Assembly: GCF_006345805.1 (NCBI RefSeq)
Contig: NC_043013.1
Coordinates: 5,084,001 to 5,148,000 of the forward strand
DNA: 64,000 nucleotides
From: Octopus sinensis
Lineage: Eukaryota
Reading direction: 5' to 3'
The position numbers and the translations under genes are program-made. Positions 12,690 to 27,900 of the stretch are shown piece by piece; positions within the stretch are counted from its first letter, which is position 1; every line of letters begins with the position of its first letter. The notes under the pieces were generated by a model, which saw only the letters and a list, made by a program, of their open reading frames with translations, had not been told where the DNA came from and did no database searches.

Positions 12690-12876
12690 TTATTATTATT
12701 ATTATTATTATATGAAAACTCACAGCTTATTTTGCTGGGTATGATGAAAAGTGTCAGCTGTCCACAGCCAGCAGACTAAGGTGGCACTTGTTTATTCAAG
12801 AACCCTGCAACGAATTCTTGCAATTCCAAGCAATGCTGATTTTTGTAGGTGTTCTACCCTCATACTTGCACCGATC
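12690..12876 (-). mobile_element. R4/Dong-clade 3' end with (TAA)n tail
   Basis: Minus strand IGASMRVEHLQKSALLGIARILCRVLE*, followed by a short UTR and the (TAA)n tract at ~12690-12712. Confidence 0.7.
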
Positions 12877-13010
12877 TTTATTTTTATTATTATTATTAAT
12901 TATTATTATTATCATTATTATTATTATTACCCTCCATTTATAAACTTTATTACTATTGCTGTTGTTATTATCTTCATTTATAAACTATATCAATTTTCTC
13001 TTTTGACCAG

Positions 13011-13076
13011 ACCGACATTATAGACGTTTGTCCTGACCCATTAACATTGGCGCAACAACTGACTAACATTGAATTG
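13011..13076 (+). CDS. RASGEF1B: RASGEF1 exon [22 protein letters not shown]
   Basis: ttttgaccag| ... |gtaagt, phase 0/0; matches the xLAQQLTxIEL start of the CDC25 domain. Confidence 0.92.
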
Positions 13077-15920
13077 GTAAGTATTTTTTTTTTCCAGCAT
13101 ACACATAAATATTGACATAAATACTGGCACTTTCTTTGTGTCTGAAGATCATGCAAAAGAGTTGAACACCCTCAAGTGGCTCTGTAAACCGATCCTTGAT
13201 GCTGCAGTACTTTTCTTCCTGCCTGCACTTGTTAGTTCTAAAGTGGGAGTCAGTCTGCGCAATCCGATACCACACTTAAGACTTTAGAGCTCTGAACACA
13301 GTGGCTCAGCAAGCTAAGACAGCTGTGGAAAGCAGCAAGCTGCAGGCTTTACATTCAAGTGGTCTTCTCTTAGTTGAATTGGTGTTCAGGGTTGGAGAAC
13401 TCCACCTAGCCTGGAGATGCAGGAAGAGTGTCAAAGAGGGCACCTGACCACTTGAAGGACTCCACTCCTTTATTTGCTGTTGAGGTTGTCTCTTTTTCTT
13501 TTTTCAAGGCAGTCACGAGGCAGTGAGGGTTTGTAGTGGAGTTTCTTCTATAACACGACACCACTACTGGATGCAGTCATACCCAGGACTTACCAATATA
13601 AATATTGCAGAAACATCACACCAACATGTTTTATTAAGTATTAAAATACTAATCTCACAAGGGCACATAACTCTATTTAATTCAGTATGCTGGGTTGACA
13701 ATGGGCATGACAATTTTTCCTCTTTTAGTAAGATTAATCCTTTTGATACCAAAACCCCTAATACAGGATTCTAGTTATATGAAACAAAACAAAATCTACA
13801 AGGTTTAAAGTGTTTGTCATTCATTTGTTTATTCAATTTACATCTGTTTTTCCATGCTAGCATGGGGTAGATGGAGACTTATTGTAAGGTAGTATTTTAC
13901 AGCCTGATGTCATTCTTGTCAGCAATTAACAGAAAATTTTGATGGAAGGTTTTAATTTAATTCTCTTCAAAAAATAATAAGTTTGCTTTGTAGATCAAGA
14001 GGCAGTTTTGAATGGGTCGGTATCAAAAGGTTTAGCAGGAAGTTAAGGGTTAGAGACAAAAATTAACCTTTTATTTTTTGTGTGAATTCATTTTACCAAT
14101 TTTTTAATCTCTGTAATTTTCAGGATCGTTTTTCCCATATCGGAGCTGAAGAGTTTGTTTGTGCATGTGTTAAAGATAGTATCAATGGTGTAAGTATTAT
14201 TTTGCTAGTTTATTCATCATTTCACAATAATTGTCTTAATTTATTGATCTGCAGATGTTGGGAGAATCTTCTGGTAAATTTCCTTTCACGCTCCTTCATC
14301 TCCTAAACATAAAGCCACCTTCCTCAAGGCTCAAAGCCTTGCAAGCTGCACGGTAACCTCACTAGTATTGGTGACACAATAAAAAAGCACTTTGTACACT
14401 CTGTAAAGTGGTTGGCATTAGGAAGGACATCCAGCCATAGAAACCATACCAAAGTAGACAGTGGAGCTGGTCCAAGGACCTTTCAAACTCTCCAATCCAT
14501 GTCAAAATGGAACAAATACATTAAATGATAATGATAATCAAAGAAGTAATGCCAATATAATTCTTGGTGTTGTTGGTTCAGACTTTAATACAGAGCTTTC
14601 AAAATACAGTTACCATTAAGGAGACAATTACGTAAGGTGATTCTGTTACAAGTAGAAGAAACTAGAATAATGTTCTTTCCATTGTTATTTAAAAGGTTTC
14701 TGAAATTAAAATGGTTATTGAAGCTAGCAAAACTTAAAACAAGAATAGCTTTCCTTAATTGCATTTCTGTTAAAGAACTTATGACATCAATGATAGATCA
14801 GAAAATGAAAATAGATTAAGTTGAAGTGTACAGACATAACAATATTTATTTATACTTATAATCTAGAAAGAACATTTGTTGTAAGCTTCTCCAAATGTAT
14901 TTAACTTTTAAATCAAACAAGATCTATGGTGTTTAAATTTCAGTAGTTGATCTTTGGTTATGTACATAAATTTTTATTTTATTCTACACTATAAACACTA
15001 AATTTATTTTAAGATGGCAATGGAATGGATAAATGCCCTGAGTTGAAGATCTCTGCAGACAAGCTCTAAAAGTCTTACTTTGTAAGACAAGAATACAGGA
15101 TTCTCTCAACCTGACATGGTGTCTGCTTGTTTGCCTATCATTTTACAAAGTGTACTGGATGTGTCTTTTCATAGCACAGGCACTAGAGAGGTCGTCATGT
15201 CTGTGAAAAGACTACAAATTCCCCTCACCTCTAGTTGACTCCAATTCATTGCTAAACACTTTGCAGAATGTATACTGTATGCATTTTGTCATGGCACCAT
15301 CACTTGAGAGGCCGTCATGTCTTCAACATAGTTACAGAATCTTCTAAACATCTAAATCAAGTTGGTCACTAGCCACTTTACAGAGTGTGCTTGTTGGTGT
15401 TTGTCCTAGCTCCAACATAAAATCTTGCTCTATTCATACAATATACACATGCATGTATGTATGTTCACACAGACAGTGCTCTATTATGACATCTATATTT
15501 TTGTTAACTCAACTATTTTACAAAGCTTTGTTTTTGCTTATTTCACAGAACTGTACTGGCACCAGCCCCACTTCCCATTTGGAAACCTACATACAATGGT
15601 TCAATCGACTGAGCTATTTTGTGGCCACAGAAATTTGTTCGGTAAGTCTCTCATCTGCCTTCTTCTGAATCTTGTTCATGTTTCACCAGAACTCGGCTTT
15701 GAAACTTAGATTTTAACTAGTACACAAATTAACCATATACACGCACACACACACAGAGTGCAGCCTGTGGAATGGTTAGTGTTAGGAAACACAGACAGCA
15801 AAGCATGGTGCAATCTTCTGCTGAGCCAGCTACTGTCAAACTGTCCAACCCATACCAGCATGGAAAGCAGACATTAAATGATGATGACGACATATATATA
15901 TATATATTTTTACATATATG

Positions 15921-15951
<31 letters not shown>

Positions 15952-15972
15952 ATGTATATATGTGCGTGTGTG

Positions 15973-16048
<76 letters not shown>

Positions 16049-16248
16049 CACCATTGCTTGACAACTGATACCGGTGTGTTTACGTCCCCGTAACTTAGCG
16101 GTTCGGCAAAAGAGACCTATAGAATAAGTACTAGGCTTATAAAAATATGTCCTGGGGACACTTTGCTCGACTAAAAAGGCGATGCTCCAGCATGGCCGCA
16201 GTCAGATGACTGAAACAAGTAAAAGAGTAAATGCTATCTATTTATCTA

Positions 16249-16294
<46 letters not shown>

Positions 16295-16881
16295 ACCAAT
16301 CTAAGATATAAACTACAGTGTTGAATTTAGATCTACTTGTTTTAACGTGACTCCTTATACAGCACACACCCTATCATAAGTTATTACACCTGTGCAGAGT
16401 GCTGCTCTATAGGAATGGTACAGCGTTGGTCTGCAGGAATGGTACAGCATTGGTCTGCAGGAATGGTACAGCGTTGGTCTGCAGGAATGGTACAGCGTTA
16501 GTCTGCAAGAATGGTAGAATGTTCATCTAAATAAATGCTGTGTAGTATTTAGTTACATCCCTGTGTATTCTTAGCTTAAATTTCGTAATGGTGTGTTGAG
16601 GGAATCAGTAAGATAGATAGATGTCTGAGAAACAATTTCTTTATAATTTTGATTGTAATTAAAATTGTCTAAATTCTTCAATTATTTTAATCTTTGATTA
16701 ATATTTCAAGAGTTAATTAAAATGAAATTGATACTGTATTAACATAGATACCCCCTCTCTGCATCTCTATCTATCGATCTATCTATCTGTCTATCTGTCT
16801 GCCTTCATCTCTTTCTATCTATCTGTCTATATCTCTATTACTCTATCTTTCTCCGTATTTCTTTCTCTCTCTCTCTGTATA

Positions 16882-16936
<55 letters not shown>

Positions 16937-18943
16937 CTGTATCTTTCTATCTATCTTGCATTATATATTCATATCTGTCTATATCTCTATCTTTCTCTCT
17001 TTTTCTCCCACTCTCTCTATCTGTCTCTCTCTCTCTATCTCTCCCTCTCTACCCCCTTTCTCTCTCACCCTATCAATCATTTAGTCAGCTCCATGAACGT
17101 GATCTTATCACTTCTGACGTGGATACTGATCCACAATTGACGTCAGCGAAGGCAGAAACAGACTCAGTTTTGTGGCTGATTGCTGTCATAGATTAGGGTA
17201 CAGTGCAAACACACGCACACACACATACACACACGCCTATATATATACATATATATATGCACATGTATACATACAAAGCCTGTATATGTATGACCATATA
17301 AAGATATACACCCAGATACGGATGTATATTATATGATACACATTTTGTTTTGTATGCTTAGATATAAAATATGCACATACACACACACACACATATACAT
17401 CCATCCATCCATACATATGTACATACATACACATACATGTGGCCATACTCATAAATACACATGAGCTCAAACATCACACACACCTTCCTGCACATGTGAC
17501 TACATACATGCACACATACATACATACATATATATGTATGTATATGTAAAAAAATACAAACTGGGACAAGAACGCAAAACATTTAGAAGATGATACGAAA
17601 AACACAGACGGGTCATTCGAAGCCTCTAATCTTCAGTCAAAAACCAGATCATCCTCGCAATTTCGGCTGATTAATCTTGAGATTGCTCCGATCTGGCCAG
17701 CCCCAAAGGAAAATCGAAGCCAAGCGCATTAGATTCCTTGGAAGAAAGCTTCAAATGTGTATGCAAGACCATACATCTACACATATAACTACTCATCAGG
17801 TGTCACACATGCATATCCACTTGTGACCTTACATACACGCAAACATACCCACTTACATGACTCTACACATGCACACACACACCCCTTCCTATCGTATATA
17901 TGCATCCACACACACACATACACATGCCCACATATGTAACTCCACCACACACACATACACAATCTTCCAGTATTCTCTACTGAAATATTAATTAAGCTAG
18001 TTACTATTTTAATTAACTAAGCAGCACTCCGTAAGTTATGACAATTGTCCTGGTTGATCTGATTGATGGAACAGCCTGCTCGTGAAATTAACATGCAATT
18101 GGCTGAGTACTCCACAGACACATGTACCCTTAATATAGTTCTTAGGTAGATTCAGCATGGAACCAAATATGACAAGGCTGGCCCCTTTGCAATTATTTCT
18201 TTACTACCTATAAGGGGCTACACACAGAGGGGACAAACAAGGACAGACAAACGGATTAAGTCGATTATATCGACCCCAGTGTGTAACTGGTACTTAATTT
18301 ATCGACCCCAAAAGGATGAAAGGCAAAGTCGACCTCGGCGGAATTTGAACTCAGAATGTAGCGGCAGACGAAATACCACTAAGCATTTTGCCCGGCGCCC
18401 CAACGATTCTTCCTGTTCGCCGCCTTTGTAATTACTGGTACAGCTCACTTTTGCCAGCTGAGTAGACTGAAGCAACATGAATTGGACACAGTGTGTCGCT
18501 GGGAATTGAACTCACGACCTTACGATCATAAGGCAAATACCCCAACCTAATCTTTATATTTCTCCAGCCAACCTTCAGTTCATGTCTTTTGCAAGGCATT
18601 ACACTGTCGTTTCTGTTTGCTCTGTGTTTAGATTAAGGCTGTGAGTGTGTATGTACATACAAGCATGTGTGTGTGTGTATGTGTGTACGTGTTTTGTGAA
18701 TGTGTGTGTATATGTTTATCTGTGTGTTTGTGTCTATTTATGTGTTTTTGTGGCTGAGTGTGCAGTTGTGTTCAAGTTTGTGTTGATGTGTGTATATATG
18801 TCTCTCTGTGTGTGTGTGTGTGTTTGTGTGTTTATGTTTATTGGTGTGTCTGTTCATGTGTGTGTGTGTGCAGAAACAAAATATTCAGTTTGCATATTGA
18901 TGTCTGTTATTAGTTTATTGAAAGTGACTTTCATAATCTCACA

Positions 18944-18989
<46 letters not shown>

Positions 18990-20707
18990 TTCACTCACAT
19001 ATAATCATACATGCAATTAAACACATACATACAATTACACACGCATATATTCAACCACAAGCACACAATTATACACATACATACACAAACACACACACAC
19101 AAATACACACACGCATATATATATATACGAGTAATCCCACATATACAATCAGACATGCTTACACATACCCACAATTCACACACACACACACACACACAGT
19201 CACACACATACACAAACCCATGATCACACGGACACACACACACACACCTACTCACACGGACACACACACACACACCACACACACACACACAGAGTCTTTG
19301 ATAACAAATAACCTCATTATTTTCATGAGTTTCTGGTATTCCCTAACTTTTTTAGGAACCACCATTTTATCTCGTTTAACCTCAACGTCTGGAAGTTGCG
19401 GTCGTTACCATCAGCTGACACTCTACCATATTCTGTTTATCATTAATTAATTGAGCAGCCAACACTCACAGTCCATGTCTGTCGTTATTTCTATAACTAA
19501 CGCATGCAGTTATTTTATTTGTCCTCATTATTTCAAGAAATTAAGGCAATCAGCTGACGGAATCATTAACTCGTCACGCAAATTGCTTAGCAGCAGTTCT
19601 TCTGGCTTTACGTTCTGAGTTCAAATGCTGCCAAGGTTGACTTTGTCTTTCATATTTTCTGGGACCGTTGAGCGCTGGTGAGGTTGATGGAACTGATTAG
19701 CCCCTTCCCTCAAAATTTCAGGCTTTGTGCTTAAAGTAGTGAAGGATTATCTCAAGAAATCCTCTAGAAATACAAATCACATTTTGAAAGTCCTCTGTTT
19801 CCTATGTCAAAGGTCTTCTTTTATTTATTTTGCTTGTTTCTGTTGTTGGATTCTTGCCATGCTGGAGCACCACCTTGAAGGGTTTTAGTCCAACAAATTG
19901 ACCCCAGGACTTATTTTTTTAAAGTATAGTATATATTCTATAAGTCTCTTTTGCTAAATTACTAAGTCATGGGGGTCTTGTACAAACCAACATGGTTGTG
20001 AAATAATGGTGGACACACACACACACACATAATGGGCTTTCATACAGTTTCCATCTTCCAAATTCAGTCACAAAGCATTGGTCAGCCTGAGGCTAGAGTA
20101 GAAGACATTTGCCCAAGGTCCACACAGTGAGATTGAACCCAAAACCACATTGTTGGAAAATGAGTTTCTTAACCACACGGCCATGGTGGCTACACCTCAA
20201 GTCTATTTTTAAATCATAAATTTCTGACATAAACACAAGACCAAAAATTTGTTGGAAGGGGTCAGTTGATTGTATCATCCCCAGTTCTTGACTGGTTGTT
20301 TAGTTTACCGGACCCAGAAAGATGGAAGGTAAATTTGGCTTCAGCTGAGATTGAACTCAGAATGTAAAGATTTGTAACAAATACTGCAAGATATCTCATC
20401 TGACACTCTGGTGCTTCTGGCAATCGCCTACCTCAATTTATTTCAAAATAATAACATTAACACAGATTTCCTCTCATTTATTTCTATGGATTATTTTTTT
20501 ATTTTCATATTTGTTTGTTAAACATTTTTTTTTTTGTTACCATATTTCTGTTGAAATGGTATGAGATCTTGCTGAGGTCATCTTCATCTTTCATTCTTTT
20601 GACATCAATAATTTTAAGTCCCGGTCAAGTTGTGGTGGGGTTGATGTAATCGGCTGACCCCTTTCCCCTAAAACAAAATTGCTGGCCATGAGCCAAAATT
20701 GGAACCA

Positions 20708-20748
<41 letters not shown>

Positions 20749-22456
20749 CGTCATTGTTATTCTTATTCTTATTCTTATTATTTATTGTCTTTGGCAGCAT
20801 CTGAAGAAGAAGAAACGTGTTTGTATGATTGATTACTTTATTGATGTGGCAAAAGAATGCATCAATATCGGTAATTTTAATTCCCTCGTAGCAATTATTG
20901 GTAAGTTAACAGTTTCTAACAGTGTGTGTGTATGTGTCTGGCCATGTGTGGTTGTATGTGACTGTTTTCGAATGTGTGTGCGTGTGTGTGTGTATATATA
21001 CACATACAAACACAATGCAGCACGGAATTTTGTCAGTGAACAGGTCGTGGTCTCAAAGCGATGGAAATATTTTGGCAAATTAAATTTAAATGTTGAAGGA
21101 AATCTAACATTTTTTGTGTGTTTTAAAATGGTCTATAAACACCTTCCACGCTGCAATTGTTTTCGTTCCAGCACATGATCTCAGATCAGGTCACTTGCTA
21201 TGCAAGTACATCTCCATAAATCTATATATATGTATATGCACATATGGTATAGATTCACCTACTGTATATACAATATGGTATAGATGTTACATATTTAAGC
21301 AATCAAGTATTTTCAACCAATTGCTTAGATGCTGCTAACTGCACACCTCATGTTTTTCAGTTTGTTTTGCAACCATGCTGTGTGTGCCCATCATTCAGTT
21401 TAATTTGAATAGGGGACTGCTGTTCTCCATGGTTTTTTTTTTCTAACTCATCTATAAATAGGAAATGAGTAACTAGAGGAGGACAGACCAAAAAAAGTCA
21501 ATATTTGAGTCCTTATTAATTTAATCCAGCAGTTCCCAAATTTAAATAAAAGGGGTCACTAACAAGGATTGCTTTTATTTAAATGAATTTTTCTATGGAT
21601 TCAAGGCTTTTTGACAAGTCAATCTACTCATCAAGTTTTCAGAACAGCTCATGGACCATCCAATATTGTTTATATTGACCACCAAAGGTTTTTACTGATG
21701 CTATGTTGGAGATTATTGGTCATGTTTCGGCTGATAAACCCTCCAGCCTTCATCAGGTGTTTTGGGGAAATTTCGAACCTGGGTTCTCATTCCTAAGGTT
21801 CGAAATTTCCCCAAGACACTTGATGAAGGCTGGAGGGTATATCAGCTGAAACGTTGTGTTAACAACAAACAAGATGAGGACAAATATCCGTCAAACGTAA
21901 ATAATGTACTGTAGAGAGAGGTTTCTGATTTGCAGAAAGATGTGGAATAGCAGAGAGAATAACTGGAACGATGAAATTCTGAAGAAAGATTGATCAAAAT
22001 GAAAGAATGTAAAAGTCTAGATGAAGAGAAATTCTTCCTCTATTTCCATTTATGAATATTCTTAGGAAAGAATTCCTCTAATCTCTTAATACTTTTGCTT
22101 CCTTTTAGCTGGAATGAACATGAGTCCTGTTGCAAGACTGAAGAAAACGGTAAGTAATTCCATATATTTTTTCTTTCCTCAGCTATATAATTCTTATTTA
22201 TTTATCCTTTTTTTTTTCTGTATCTATTTTATGCTATTTATCTGGTTCTTCTATGTGAAATCAACCTGATAAGTAAGCCTGGTGCCTTCGCCAACACCCC
22301 TGAAATTCAATTCTTTAGATTAGCCATCACCACCCTACCACCTAAACATCTCCCAAATTCCCTTCTTTCATTACAATCTGCCCACCCATCCATCCATCCA
22401 CTGTTTGCCCCACAGAATTATTGAAAGTTTTAAAATTCTTCTCCCTCCCCCTCTCT

Positions 22457-22488
<32 letters not shown>

Positions 22489-24835
22489 CAGGTTTCTTCA
22501 TATGACTAATAGAGATACCCGCAGGATTCTTTCTGTTCAATCTTCTAAAACTTTTCTTTCTTCCACCCTCTTTCCCCTCCTTTGCCTATCACAGTATATC
22601 CCTATTTCTGGATGCACTGGCATACACACACACACACACACACACACACAGATATATATACATATATATATACATATATATATACACACACACACACACG
22701 TTTAGGTGTGATTATTGTTGTATATGTTATGCATGTGAACATTATATAAATGTATAGATACATATATATAGATAGACAGACAGACAGACAGACAGATAGA
22801 TAGATACATATATATATATATATATATATATAAGTAATACTAAATTTTCCTCGAATGAGGCTTTTACACATGCCGAAGACTACTTGGTGTAATTGATAAT
22901 TTTTCCAAATTAATTATTTCACCCTTCATTATTACGGATATATATATATATATATATATATTACATATATAGATATATATATAGAGATATAGATACATAT
23001 ATATATATATATATATTTACAGATATATATATATAATATTATTACAAATTTGGGATTTTATATATATATTTATATACAGTAAGTTAAAGCTTATATATGT
23101 AGGTGTGTGAACATAAATATATGTAAAATATAATAGGTGTGTGTGTGTATGTGTGTGTGTGTGTGCAAGTATGTGTAAACTTGCACCGTGTTGGCTTCCT
23201 CGTGCTTTTCCCTTTGGTGCAAAATGACAATTGTGTTCTGGTGGAATTCATCTTACCTTAATTTCCTGTCTACCACCACCACCACCACCACCACCAGCTC
23301 TCATTGTTTACAAGGGGCAGGAGGTGGAGGAGGCGCAGGTTGAGATGACTCACGGAATGGTTAGTTCTCCGGTGCCACATGCGAACCATTAACCATTACT
23401 CAACTGCCACTCACTGCCCTCTTAACGTGTCTGTGCTGGGGTGCATTAGTGTGTGTGTGTGTGTGAGTTTTTGCACTAAATGTATGAATTTATGATTGTG
23501 AACTCCCTTTCTTCACTATCTCTATATATACACACATAAATACATGTGTGTGTATATATATATGTCTTTGTTATACGTGATGTATATATATATATATATA
23601 TATTTATGTGTGCGTGTGTGTATGTATATATATAAACACACACACACGCATACAACCTCACACACATGTGCATGCACACATATACACAGACAGGTTTGTA
23701 TGGTTTTGAAACTATACAAACTCAGTCTATTTAATGTCCAGGATTTTACCATCACAAAAAAGCTGATTCATTGTGGTTCATAGCTGCAAATAAAAACACA
23801 CACACACAATATTTATGTATATGTTTGTGTATGTGTGTGTGTGTGTGTGTGTTGTGTGTGTTATATATATATGTGTATATATATATGTGTATGTATATAT
23901 ATATGTGTATATATATATATGTATATATACATACATATATGTAAATATACATACATATATGTATATATACATACATATATGTATATATACATACATATAT
24001 GTATATATACATACATATGTATATATACACATATATACATACACACACACATATGTATATACATACACACACACACATATATATATATGTATATATACAT
24101 GTGTATATATATATACATATGTATATATACACATATATATATATATACATTTCTTCACAAAGTCATATATACGTATAGTTCTCAAAGAAACAAAAGACGT
24201 AGACAGGTGGTGTAGACAACAAACAGATGTATTAGTTTAATACACAGAAATGAACACAGAAAGAAACAAGTAGAGAAAATAAAGAATGTGTAGTTGCACA
24301 CACACACACACACACACACACACCACCCTTGTAATCTGTTTTCTAATAACTTTTTCCATTTCTCTTTTTCTTACTACAGTGGGCAAAAATTAATAAAGAC
24401 AAATTCTCCATATTAGAGGTAAGTGTTTCTCTGTGTCACTTTAATAATAAACAACAGAATGACTTTCTGAGCCCTGTATTTTAAGGATTTAGTGGACTCC
24501 AACATGACCTTATAGAATTAAAAGATGATTCAGAGTAGGGTGAACATTGCTTAGGCCAGGGATCCACTATTTCTACTTGTGGTGACCCCTTGAGAATATT
24601 TTTGCATATGTCAAAGGTCCAAAGGAATGTTATATATGTTACTTTAAAAGATATCCCTATGCAGGCATGGCTGTGTGGTTATGAAGGTTTGCTTTCAAAC
24701 CACATGGTTCAGGATTCAATCCCACTACGTAGCCTCTTGGGCAAATGCCTTTTACTCTAACCCTGGACCAACTAAAATCTTGTGCGTGGATTTGATAGAC
24801 AGAAACTGCAAGATTGTCATATATATGGATGTATG

Positions 24836-24914
<79 letters not shown>

Positions 24915-27900
24915 GTGTATGTATATATATATGTATGTGTGTGTGTGTGTATGTATATATATATGTATGTGTGTGTGTGTGTATGTATATATATATGTAT
25001 GTGTGTGTGTGTGTATGTATATATATATATGTATGTGTGTGTGTGTGTGTATGTATATATATATATGTATGTGTGTGTGTGTGTGTGTATGTATATATAT
25101 ATGTATGTGTGTGTGTGTATGTATATATATATGTATGTATGCACATGTAATTGTGTGTATGTATGTCTATATATGTAGGTGTGTATAGTTGTGTATATTT
25201 TGGCTGTGACAATATTTATTGCATTGTAATTTATTAATAATTAAACTCTGAAATGCTGTAAATGTATTGTATCATGTCTAAACATCATCTCACAATATGG
25301 CCTTGGCTCTGTGAAGAATGTTGAGTTTTCACCAAAGGCTGCTGGCAAATCATTAATGTTACAATTAACAAACTATTTAAGTCAGTTTTCCTAGAATCTC
25401 TCAAAATACCATATTTATTCATGTGTAAGTCACATCCTTAATTTAGTGATAAATCTTGGTACAAAATTCTTTCACTTCATGATTTTCACTTTGCCTTGTG
25501 CATAAGTCGTACCCCAGTTTTTCCAGTTAAAACCAAGCATAAAACAGTGCAACTTATACACAAGTTAATAAGGTAATTAACCACAGTTTTCCATTTTTCA
25601 ATGATTTGTCTTTCCTCTCCCAACAGCACCAGATGGACCCAACGAACAACTTCAGCAGTTACCGTTTGTGTTTGAAAGCAGCAAAGTGGCGTTCTGAAGG
25701 GGCTGTAGATGACAGAGAAAGGGTATGTTGTGTTATTACATATGTATATTTGTGAAACTAAGTTTAGTATTTTTACCTCGACAGCTGTTTCTGGGAGCTC
25801 AGACTTACACAATAATCGTAATGTTCATAATTAAGATAGAATGTGTAAAATGTCAAAGATAAGCAACTAGTAAATAGTCACATAGAGACATTACCATAAG
25901 ATTGGCTTCCTTCACCAGGAGAAAAAATTGGCTAGGCTTGGAAAATAGGAAAAGTTGATTGATATCAACATCTTTGTCACTATTTAGTTAGATATTTAGA
26001 TATTTGTATTCTTATATAGATTTCAACTAGTGTTGGCCAAGGCTATGACTAACTTAATCTTTTTGTTACTATATTTCTGCTGAAATGTACTGCTATTGTT
26101 TCAGTAAATTTTGAAACTTATGAAGAAATTAGTAAACTAATTTTGTCATTAAATAAGCTGATATTTGGAACATAAATTAACATGAAATTTTGATGGTAAG
26201 TTTTAATTTGGATCACTTTGAAACAGGAAGTGTTTATTGTAGAACCAGGAGCAAACTCAGGTGGGTTGGTATCAAAAAGATTCAGTATGATATTTATTAC
26301 CCTGTTTATCACAGACAGTTTATAGTTGTTTAGCTGTAGAATATTAAACCAAAAAAATCTTATCTAACTCCTACCAGTATGACAAAAACAGACATAAAGA
26401 TGAATACCCCCCCCCCCAGTTATTGAGTTCTCTCATCCAACATACTTTTGTCTTAAATATTTATTACAATGCCCATCATTGACCATTTAGGGTTTAGCAA
26501 GAATTTCACAAGTCCACAGTAAAACATATTAGCCAATATATAATTGTAATTAATATTTTGGACAGGTTTTAGGTTTTTAACCCTTGTATTACAGTATTTC
26601 TTTTGAGATGCTCTGTGTTTCTTTCAATTAATTTCAAATATAACAAAGAAAATAACTTAGTTATCATTAAGTTAGTGTTAGGAACATAAATTGTGACTAA
26701 GGTCTGGTGGAAGATTTTAATTCAAAACTTATGTAAACAAGACATGTGTACTCAGAGCCAGAGCCAATTTTAGCCGGATTGCTAATGAAAGGGTTAATAA
26801 TGACAAACCTATTTGACTAAATCCTTCATTATTTCCAATATTAATTGAAATAAGCAGAATGTACTTCAACAGAAATATAACAAAATGGTTAAAATTATCT
26901 AAATTTAAACGTTTCATCAAAATTTGATGTTAATTTGATGTTTTAATAGAAATGTGGTAAATGAAGGGGTTAATAATGATAGAATTTCTGTACAATAAGT
27001 ATAAAAACATATTAGTCATTCAAAAACACGCAAAAATGGTTAAGACGGTTGGTACCAAAAGGGTTAAGGCGCAAACTAGTGAAATCGTTACCATACCGGA
27101 AAAAATGTTTAGTGCCATTTCTTTTGACTTTATGTTCTGATTTCAGGGTTGACTAAGCCTTTTATCCTTTTGGGGATCAATAAATAAACACCAGTTATGC
27201 ACTAAGGTTGATGTAGTTGACTTGTCCACTCCCTGAAATCGTTGGCCTTGTGCCAAAATTTGAAACCAAAATTTTGTTCTGGTTTTGATATTTTTTTTCT
27301 TTTTACCTGTTCCAGGTGATTGTACCATTCTTCAGTCTGTTTGTAAAAGATATTTATTTCTTGAACGAAGGATTTTCCAATCGGTAAGAATCAATACTTT
27401 TGGCTGTTTATGTTATAAAAGCTAATTTTAGTTTATGATTTGTTTTGCAAGAATTTTAATCAGAAGCTAAGACTTGAAACCAGTATCAAGGGCAGACTGA
27501 GCCATCGGTCAATCAAGCACTGCCCAAGGGCCCGGAGCTCCGAGGGGCCTGCACTCTACATGTTAACTCTCTTTGATATCAATGCTAAGGAGGCCAGGCC
27601 CGAGGGCCCTTAATACTCTGTCTGTCCTTGACCAACATTGTTATACTTGGAAAGAACCATGACTGATAAAGGTGAAGGTGCTTGGCCTGGGGTTAAGCTG
27701 TTCTACTCACAACTGCAAGATTGTGATTTCCATTCCTGGACTGGGTGGTGTGTTGTAATCTTGAGCAAAACACATCTTTTCATGTTGCTCCAGTTCACTC
27801 AATACAAATAATTTCCTGCCAATAGCTGGTGAGTTAACCCTACAATGGACTGCCATCCTATTCTGGAGGAATATTATAATCTCATCATTTATACAGCATG

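Noticed and set aside
17560-17765. Penelope-like fragment with CTGAAGAT on the minus strand (~17625-17636) as a fourth hammerhead
   Set aside because: I could not close stem I or find a correctly placed GAAA after a credible stem II; it may be a decayed relative but is not supportable.
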